A stretch of 64,000 bases of DNA from Minisyncoccota bacterium (GTDB taxonomy: Bacteria > Patescibacteriota > Minisyncoccia > Phycocordibacterales > UBA6065), in NCBI GenBank assembly GCA_036400935.1, contig DASWWW010000002.1, forward strand, positions 63,939 to 127,938, read 5' to 3'. Positions 57,151-64,000 of the stretch are shown in pieces (the first letter of the stretch is position 1; every line of letters begins with the position of its first letter). Both the position numbers and the translations under genes were made by a program. The notes below the pieces were generated by a model. It saw nothing but the letters and a program-made list of their open reading frames with translations, ran no database searches and had not been told where the DNA came from.

Positions 57151-57513
57151 TCAGCACTTGAGACCTTGAGCAAAAGTGCTTACGGCTCCCTCAAGGCTAT
57201 CATCGGCCTGACTGAACCAAACCTCATCGGTGGCCTGATCAAGGCGCCAGGCGATATCGCAATCTGCCTCGGCCAAGACATGAAGCTGATTGTCCTGCGT
57301 GCAAACTCGCCCAACACTGCCCAACATGAGAAAGAGATTGTTCGGCTCAGCCGGTTCAACCGCCATCTGAGCGAATTTCCATGAAAGACCGTGGTCTTCG
57401 GGAAGGTTTAGGAGAGTTCTCAGCTTGGTATCTGCCTGGTTTACTAGAGCCAAGACCGCAGTAAGGCGATTAAGTCCCAGGTTTGTGAATTCAGTACTGA
57501 TTATAGATTTCAT
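57151..57513 (-). CDS. Orphan hypothetical protein (shared-promoter cassette 3)
   Basis: Own promoter at 57586-57614, leader hairpin, and bidirectional terminator at 57108-57137. Confidence 0.65.
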   Translation of the reverse strand: MKSIISTEFTNLGLNRLTAVLALVNQADTKLRTLLNLPEDHGLSWKFAQMAVEPAEPNNLFLMLGSVGRVCTQDNQLHVLAEADCDIAWRLDQATDEVWFSQADDSLEGAVSTFAQGLKC

Positions 57514-57514
57514 T

Positions 57515-57614
57515 GTGATATGTGAAGGTGATTAGGACGAGCGAATATTCCCGCGCCCAAATCACCTCACACTCACTCTTATAATATTATACACCTAAAT
57601 ATAGTATATGTCAA
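57515..57614 (-). promoter_or_regulatory. Consensus promoter TTGACA-17-TATAAT with TATAATATTATA palindrome and long leader hairpin
   Basis: -35 at 57609-57614, -10 at 57586-57591; hairpin 57521-57571; 17 bp identical to 22161-22177. Confidence 0.8.
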
Positions 57615-57686
57615 TGTATATAATATGGCTCAACAGAGAGATATTAATCAAGCAAAAGCCCTCTTATTAGAGGGCTTTTGCTTGTA

Positions 57687-58895
57687 TTAGTAGTTCTTCA
57701 GCTGGTTTATGCGCTCGTGCTGGCGGATCTTCTCGTGAGCCTTGGCCTCGATCTGGCGGATTCGCTCGCGGGTGACGCCGAATTCCTTGCCCACCTCCTC
57801 GAGGGTGTGGGTGATTCCGTCGTTCAAACCGTGTCGCATCTCGAGAATCTTGCGCTCCTTCGGCGAGAGGTCGTCGAGGATGTTTCGGACCTGATCGGCC
57901 AAAATGCGTCGCGACGATTCCTGGTCCGGAGACAGGATCTTGTCGTCAGAGAGGAAGTCGCCGAGGGTAGACTTGCCGTCGTCGCCGTCGTCCCCTACCG
58001 GGCTCTCAAGAGAGACGGTGTCCTGATCGATCTTCTCGATCTGATAGACCTTCTCCACCTCGAGTCCCATTTCGGTAGCGATCTCGTCCGGCAACGGGTC
58101 TCGCCCGAGGTCCTGCGAGAGCCGTCGCACGACCTGCTTGTACTTTGCGATGGTCTCAACCATGTGCACGGGCACGCGGATGGTTCGGGACTGGTCGGCG
58201 AGGGCACGGGTGATCGCCTGTCGGATCCACCATGTCGCGTATGTAGAGAATTTGAAGCCCTTGGACCAGTCGAACTTGTCGACGGCCTTGAACAGACCGA
58301 GGTTTCCCTCCTGGATGAGGTCGAGAAGGGTGAGGTCCGCCGAGCGGCCCACGTACTTCTTGGCAATCGATACCACGAGTCGGAGGTTCGCCTTTGCGAG
58401 CAAGCCCTTTGCCTCGTCGTCGCCCGCCTCGATGCGCTTTGCCAGCTCCTTTTCCATAGAAGCCGATACGAGCGGATACTGTCCGATCTCCTTCAGGTAC
58501 ATCTGGATAGAATCGTATGACGACTCGCTGCCTGCGCGGCCGAACGAGTACTTCTTGCCGTTCTCCTTTGCAGGAGGGTCGATGTCGAGCATGCCGCCCG
58601 ACTCGAGCACGTCGATGCCCGCGGTCGAGAATTTCGTATAGAGCTCGTCGAGGAACATAATGTCGTCCTCCACGGTCGGGAATTCCTTGAGAATCTCATC
58701 GTACGTGATGAAGCCCCTTTCCTTTCCCTTCAAAATGAGGCGGTCGGCCTTCCTGATGGCCTCCCTCGCCTTTTCCTTTGCCTTCGGAGATATTGCAGCT
58801 TTCGCCTTCGCCTTTTTAGGCGCGATTTTAGACGGCTTTGAAGCCCCCTTTTTATCAACCTTCTTTATGGATTTTTTGACGTTCTTTTTCGCCAT
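57687..58895 (-). CDS. rpoD: Primary sigma factor RpoD
   Basis: ANLRLVVSIAKKY, FSTYATWWIRQAITR and TLEEVGKEFGVTRERIRQIE. Confidence 0.98.
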   Translation of the reverse strand: MAKKNVKKSIKKVDKKGASKPSKIAPKKAKAKAAISPKAKEKAREAIRKADRLILKGKERGFITYDEILKEFPTVEDDIMFLDELYTKFSTAGIDVLESGGMLDIDPPAKENGKKYSFGRAGSESSYDSIQMYLKEIGQYPLVSASMEKELAKRIEAGDDEAKGLLAKANLRLVVSIAKKYVGRSADLTLLDLIQEGNLGLFKAVDKFDWSKGFKFSTYATWWIRQAITRALADQSRTIRVPVHMVETIAKYKQVVRRLSQDLGRDPLPDEIATEMGLEVEKVYQIEKIDQDTVSLESPVGDDGDDGKSTLGDFLSDDKILSPDQESSRRILADQVRNILDDLSPKERKILEMRHGLNDGITHTLEEVGKEFGVTRERIRQIEAKAHEKIRQHERINQLKNY

Positions 58896-58917
58896 GGGTG
58901 TTATTGTATCAAATCCG

Positions 58918-60654
58918 CTAAATCTTTTCCGTTAATGCCTTTATCTCCTGGATGCGCTTCGACAGGACCTGAATCTCCTGCATAAGCCCTCCGATGTCGC
59001 CCTTTCCTTTCTCCAATCTGTGAAGCAGGGCCATCTTCTCTTCCAGACTCCTCTTGGCGTACTCGCTTTCGAGATGGAGCATCAAGAGCTGATACTCCTT
59101 GTCCACCGATCCGTCGCCGTGAGTCACTTCCGCCTCGAGCGAGAGGCTCTCGATCTCGAGCTGCGGGAGCGCCTCGAAGGCTTTCGCCCTTTCCGGCCCG
59201 ACGATGGCGTACAGCGCCTTCTTCTTTGCCTCGTCGCCGCCGTAATACTTCTTCGAATGCATGATGCCGAGGACTTTCCTCTCTATCGATTCGATGCGCT
59301 CGACCTTCTTTGGCTGGGGCGAGGCTTGGGCCATGGCCGCCTTCTCGGGATTGAGCTTCACGTACGCCTGCAAGTCCTTCCAGAGGGCGTCCTCGCTGAT
59401 GGCGAGCTTTTCCGCGACCGTCTTGATCGCCTGGAACCGCTGCGTGTCGGCGGGAATCCTGCGGACGAACGGGAAGATATCCTGATTGATGAGCTTTCGC
59501 GCCTCGGTCGGCGAGGATTCCTTGTCCACGAACGAGTCGACGAGGAAATCGATGAAATGCTTCTTCGACTCCATCGCCTTTACCCAGTTCTTCGGGTCCT
59601 CCTTCACGATATCGGCCGGATCCTTGCCGCCCTTGATATCGATGATCTTGATATTCATGCCGAGAGAGATGGCCGTCATAAGTGAGATCGCTGGGACGAT
59701 GCGCTTTGCCGCCTTCTGCCCTGCCGCGTCGGAATCGAACGCTATTACGATATTGTCCGTAAGTCGCATGATGAGGCCGAGTCCCGACGACGGGCCGTCA
59801 TCCTCCGTGAACGCCGTGCCAGACGCCGCCACGGTGTTGGTAAAGCCCGCCTGATGGAGCATGACGCAATCCATCTGGCCCTCCACCAAAAGCACGTAAT
59901 CGCGCTTTCTAATGTCCTGCTTGGCCTTATCCAGCCCATAAAGGGTCTTGGACTTGCTGTAGAGGGCCGTTTCGGGGCTATTGAGGTATTTCGGCGACTT
60001 GTCGTCCGAAACCACGATACGGCCCGAATAGGCCACTACCCTGCCCGACGTGTCGCAGATCGGGAACATGATCCTTCCTCGGAATACGTCGTAGAACGGG
60101 TCGCCGCCCGGCTTGTCGGTGCGCTTGATCAAGCCCACCGCCTCGACGTCGGCGTCCCTGTACCCCTTCGTCCTCAAGTATGATCGCAACTGCCTCCAGT
60201 CGGCCGGCGCGTAGCCGACCCGGAAATGCTCGATCGTCTTTTCCGTCAATCCTCGCCCTACGATGTAGGCCTTGGCTGCTGCGTCCTTCTTAAGAGTCTC
60301 CTCATAGAAGACGGTAGCCGCCTCGAGAATCTCGTAAAGGATCTCCTTGCGATTGTCCTTGTTGGCGCCAGGACGAGCGAGAGAGACTCCCGCTCGGTCC
60401 GCAAGCACCTTCAAAGCGCCCGAGAAGTCCAGGCCTTCGAATTTCTCCACAAAGCTGAATATGTCTCCCTTCTCGCCGCAGCCGAAACAGTAGAACGAGT
60501 TTCGCTCGGGCGACACGTAGAAAGACGGGGTCTTCTCGTTATGGAAGGGGCAGCGCGCCTTGTAGTTCGCGCCCGACTTCTCAAGCTTTATGTAGGAGCT
60601 GAGTACCTCGACGATGCCGAGGCGCTCCTTTATGTCTTGCACATGAGTAGACAT
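58918..60654 (-). CDS. dnaG: DNA primase
   Basis: CPFHNEKTPSF, KYLNSPET, EGQMD and FDSDAAG. Confidence 0.98.
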   Translation of the reverse strand: MSTHVQDIKERLGIVEVLSSYIKLEKSGANYKARCPFHNEKTPSFYVSPERNSFYCFGCGEKGDIFSFVEKFEGLDFSGALKVLADRAGVSLARPGANKDNRKEILYEILEAATVFYEETLKKDAAAKAYIVGRGLTEKTIEHFRVGYAPADWRQLRSYLRTKGYRDADVEAVGLIKRTDKPGGDPFYDVFRGRIMFPICDTSGRVVAYSGRIVVSDDKSPKYLNSPETALYSKSKTLYGLDKAKQDIRKRDYVLLVEGQMDCVMLHQAGFTNTVAASGTAFTEDDGPSSGLGLIMRLTDNIVIAFDSDAAGQKAAKRIVPAISLMTAISLGMNIKIIDIKGGKDPADIVKEDPKNWVKAMESKKHFIDFLVDSFVDKESSPTEARKLINQDIFPFVRRIPADTQRFQAIKTVAEKLAISEDALWKDLQAYVKLNPEKAAMAQASPQPKKVERIESIERKVLGIMHSKKYYGGDEAKKKALYAIVGPERAKAFEALPQLEIESLSLEAEVTHGDGSVDKEYQLLMLHLESEYAKRSLEEKMALLHRLEKGKGDIGGLMQEIQVLSKRIQEIKALTEKI

Positions 60655-60672
60655 TTCGTTGTTGTGGCTATC

Positions 60673-60779
60673 CCGTAGTCACCGGCGTCTGCCGGAGCAC
60701 GGGTAATTCGTCTGGAACGAATTCCCTCACTCTCGCCCCGTCGGGCTCCGAGAGTCTCCGTCAGGCGCCGTGCCTACGG
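60673..60779. repeat. Structured intergenic repeat element, copy C, with GTAG-containing terminal inverted repeats
   Basis: CCGTAGTCACCGGCGTCTG / CAGGCGCCGTGCCTACGG; inner CACGGGTA hairpin and CTCGCCCCGTCGGGCTCCG. Confidence 0.65.
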
Positions 60780-60795
60780 ATCTATCCTCAACCAA

Positions 60796-63700
60796 CTATT
60801 CTGTTACGACTTCGTCCTTCGGCTGCATAGCCGCGATCATCTCGTTCTTTGGGCTGCCCTTGTATCCGGTACCTGCTGGGATGAGGCGTCCGATGATGAC
60901 GTTCTCCTTCAATCCCTGGAGCGAGTCCTCAGTTCCGCGGATAGCCGCAGAGATGAAGATTCGGGTGGTGTGCTGGAAGGAAGCTGCCGAGAGGAACGAC
61001 TGTCGGGAGAGCGATACTTCGGTGATTCCCATAACCACTGACTCCGATGTAGCCTCCGCCGTCTTCTCCGAAGCCTTTACCTTCTCGTTCTCGACGTTGA
61101 TATCGAATGCGTCTACGAGGTCGTCGATGGAGTACTTCGAGTCTCCCGCGCCGGTGACGCGTCGTCGTGAGAACATCTGCTTTACGATGATCTCGATGTG
61201 CTTTCGGGAAACGGTCTCTCCCTGGAGCTCGTAGATCTTTCCGATCTCTCGGATGATGTAGTCCATGGCTCGCTCCTTGCCCGCGTACTCGAATACCTCG
61301 TCGATATCCGCAGATCCGTCGGTGAGGAACTGTCCCTTGGCTACCTTGTCGCCTGCCTTAACGAGAGCCATGCGTCGTGACGAGAATGAGTACTCGATCT
61401 CCGCCGCGCCCTTCTTTGTCTTGCCCTTGTCCTCGAGGTCTGGGATTACGGAGATAACCTTCTCCTTTCCGAGATCCTTTACCGACGTGACGGTACCGCT
61501 GACAGTCGCGATAACGGCTGGGTTCTTTGGTCGTCGCTTCTCGAAGACCTCTTCGACGCGAGGAAGACCCGCGGTGATGTCTCCGCCGACCGACGCCGTA
61601 CCTCCGGCGTGGAAGGTACGCATCGTGAGCTGCGTTCCAGGCTCTCCGATCGCCTGAGCTGCGACGGTTCCGACCGCTTCGCCGATGTCTACGAGGTGGT
61701 TCTTGCCGAGGTCGATTCCGTAGCACTGCTTACATACGCCGTGGAGCGTCTTGCAAGCGAGAGGGCTGCGAACGTGGATCTCAGGAGCTCCCGAGTTCTC
61801 GATAGCCGCCGCGTCCTGCTTCGAGATAAGGGCGCCCTTCTTGAAGAGGACGTTGCCCTTCGCGTCAGCGACGTCGCGAGCGAGCACTCGTCCGCGGATG
61901 TTCTTTGCGATAGAGACCTCGATGCCTCCCGCCGACTCCTTCTTGATGACGATAGAATCCTTGGTTCCGCAGTCGTCCTCGGTGATCATGACGTCCTGAG
62001 CCACATCGAAGAGTCGTCGCGTGAGGTAACCCGCGCGAGCAGTGTTGAGAGCGGTGTCGGTAAGACCCTTACGAGCGCCGTGAGTAGTAATGAAGTACTC
62101 GATAGGAGTAAGGCCCTCCTTCATGCCAGAGATAATCGGGAATTCGATCGTCTCTCCGGCAGTGTTGGTAATGAGACCCTTCATTCCCACCATTTGGGTG
62201 ATGTTTCCGATCGAACCTCGGGCTCCCGATCGCACCATGTCGGTGACAGGCCCCTGAGCGTCCAATGAGTCTGGGATGAGCTTCTCGATGTCGGACTTGG
62301 CCTTGTGCCAGATCTCGACGTTCTTTCGGATGCGCTCGTCCTCAGAGAGGAGTCCGTCGTTGAACTGGTCGTTGACGGTCTCAGACTCTGCCTTTGCCTT
62401 TGTGATGACGCCTCCCTTGCCCTCCGGGGTTCGAACGTCGTCGATGCCCCATGTGATGCCAGAGTAGGTCGTGTAGGTGAATCCGAACTTCTTGATGTCG
62501 TTGAGGATCGCTGGGACCTTGTCGATAGAGTATCGAACGATGAGGTCGTCCATGATGCCCGCCATGACCTTTCGCTCTACGTCCTTGTTGATGTAAGGGT
62601 AGTCTGCAGGAAGAATGTTGTTGAAGAGGATTCGTCCGACGGTCGTCTCGAATACCTTGCCCTTCATCTCCGCGAACTTCGCGGTATCAGGAGCGAGGAC
62701 CTTTACGGCCGCGCGGTACGAGACCTCGTGGAAGTCAGAAGCGAGCACTGCCGCCTCCGGAGACTCGAAGATCTTGCCTTCGCCCTTCTCGCCCTTTACG
62801 GACTTGGTCATCCAGTACACTCCGAGAATGATGTCGAGCATCTTGTTCGTGAGGGTAAGGTCGCCAGATCCAGGCTTGAGAATGTTCTTGTCCGAGGCCA
62901 TGATCTCCTTCGCCTCTCGCTGCGCCTCTGGTGAGAGAGGGACGTGGACTGCCATCTGGTCTCCGTCGAAGTCCGCGTTGAAAGCAGAACACACGAGTGG
63001 GTGAACCTGGATAGCGTTTCCTTCGATGAGCTTTGGCTTGAAGGCCTGGATACCGAGTCGGTGGAGCGTAGGGGCTCGGTTGAGGAGCACGTACTTTCCG
63101 TCGATAACCTTCTCGAGGATCGCCCACACCTCCGGAATGCCGTCTTCGATCAATCGAGACGCGCCGCGGATGTTGTATGCGAGCTCTGACTTGAGGAGCT
63201 CAGAGATGACGAACGGCTTGAAGAGCTCGAGCGCCATGTGCTTTGGAAGTCCGCACTGGTCGAGAGCGAGGTCTGGGCCGACGACGATCACTGATCGTCC
63301 CGAGTAGTCCACGCGCTTACCGAGGAGGTTTCCTCGGAGGAGACCCCTCTTACCCTTGAGGTTGTCGGCGAGCGACTTGAGGGCGCGCTTTGAAGCGAGC
63401 GATCCTGCCGCGGTCGTTGAATTTCCGTGTCGAATAGAGTTGTCGATGAGTGCGTCTACCGCCTCCTGGAGGATTCGCTTCTCGTTTCGGAGGATGACGT
63501 CTGGCGCCATGATCTCCTTGAGCTTCGCGAGTCGGTTGTTTCGGTTGATGACGCGTCGGTAGAGATCGTTTACGTCAGATGTAGCGTAGCGTCCGCCGTC
63601 CAATGGAACCATCGGTCGGAGAGCTGGCGGGATGACTGGGATGCGAGAGAGGAACATCCACTCTGGGCGGATGCCTGACTTGATCATCGCTCGGACGACA

Positions 63701-64000
63701 GAGAGCCGTCGGTTCATCTTGTCCTTCTCGAGGCTGTTCGCCTTCTCGAGGGCAACGACGACCTGAGCTTCGAGCTTCTTGAGGTCGAGGGTCTTGCAGA
63801 TGTTGTAGATAGCTTCTGCGCCGATTCCCGCCTCGAACAATGTCGAGTATTTCATCGAGTACTTGCCGTATTCGACTTCGTCGAGAACGACTCCTTCCTG
63901 GATAGACTCGATCTCCTTCTTTGCGCCCGAGTACATGTCCTTCAAGGCCTGCTTTGTCTTCTCGTCGAGAAGGGTCTTTGACTTTGCCTTGAACTCTGAT
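60796..64000 (-). CDS. rpoC: RNA polymerase beta' subunit; 5' end outside the window
   Basis: NADFDGD, GKRVDYSGR, EPGTQLTMRTFH and LKENVIIGRLIPAGTG. Confidence 0.99.
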   Translation of the reverse strand, partial: SEFKAKSKTLLDEKTKQALKDMYSGAKKEIESIQEGVVLDEVEYGKYSMKYSTLFEAGIGAEAIYNICKTLDLKKLEAQVVVALEKANSLEKDKMNRRLSVVRAMIKSGIRPEWMFLSRIPVIPPALRPMVPLDGGRYATSDVNDLYRRVINRNNRLAKLKEIMAPDVILRNEKRILQEAVDALIDNSIRHGNSTTAAGSLASKRALKSLADNLKGKRGLLRGNLLGKRVDYSGRSVIVVGPDLALDQCGLPKHMALELFKPFVISELLKSELAYNIRGASRLIEDGIPEVWAILEKVIDGKYVLLNRAPTLHRLGIQAFKPKLIEGNAIQVHPLVCSAFNADFDGDQMAVHVPLSPEAQREAKEIMASDKNILKPGSGDLTLTNKMLDIILGVYWMTKSVKGEKGEGKIFESPEAAVLASDFHEVSYRAAVKVLAPDTAKFAEMKGKVFETTVGRILFNNILPADYPYINKDVERKVMAGIMDDLIVRYSIDKVPAILNDIKKFGFTYTTYSGITWGIDDVRTPEGKGGVITKAKAESETVNDQFNDGLLSEDERIRKNVEIWHKAKSDIEKLIPDSLDAQGPVTDMVRSGARGSIGNITQMVGMKGLITNTAGETIEFPIISGMKEGLTPIEYFITTHGARKGLTDTALNTARAGYLTRRLFDVAQDVMITEDDCGTKDSIVIKKESAGGIEVSIAKNIRGRVLARDVADAKGNVLFKKGALISKQDAAAIENSGAPEIHVRSPLACKTLHGVCKQCYGIDLGKNHLVDIGEAVGTVAAQAIGEPGTQLTMRTFHAGGTASVGGDITAGLPRVEEVFEKRRPKNPAVIATVSGTVTSVKDLGKEKVISVIPDLEDKGKTKKGAAEIEYSFSSRRMALVKAGDKVAKGQFLTDGSADIDEVFEYAGKERAMDYIIREIGKIYELQGETVSRKHIEIIVKQMFSRRRVTGAGDSKYSIDDLVDAFDINVENEKVKASEKTAEATSESVVMGITEVSLSRQSFLSAASFQHTTRIFISAAIRGTEDSLQGLKENVIIGRLIPAGTGYKGSPKNEMIAAMQPKDEVVTE

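Overview
Chromosomal window from a reduced-genome Patescibacteria (CPR, Parcubacteria-like) bacterium; the assignment is inferred from gene content, shortened core proteins and weak Shine-Dalgarno signals, and the genetic code is standard. Almost all housekeeping genes lie on the minus strand: rpoC (partial), dnaG-rpoD, tgt, uvrB/uvrA/uvrC, ddl, two tRNA-Ala, zwf, ychF, leuS, mltG, mnmA, udg, pepF, alaS, infA-rpmJ-rpsMKD-rpoA-rplQM-rpsI, grpE and dnaK (partial). Between them are many single orphan genes, each with its own sigma70 promoter and terminator, plus a surface-protein/two-component/ECF module. No CRISPR, integrase, transposase or rRNA is visible. The most notable signals are regulatory or non-coding. 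(1) A secM/mifM-like candidate arrest peptide (C-terminal RAP motif) with a hairpin occluding the dnaK start. (2) A leaderless-uORF attenuator with alternative terminator and antiterminator. (3) Three dispersed orphan cassettes sharing a promoter/palindrome and a long leader hairpin that ends at or just before the ATG. (4) A three-copy covarying structured intergenic element. (5) A 26-bp-arm inverted repeat covering the start codon of an HTH regulator. All functional assignments come from motif recognition by eye; no searches were run.
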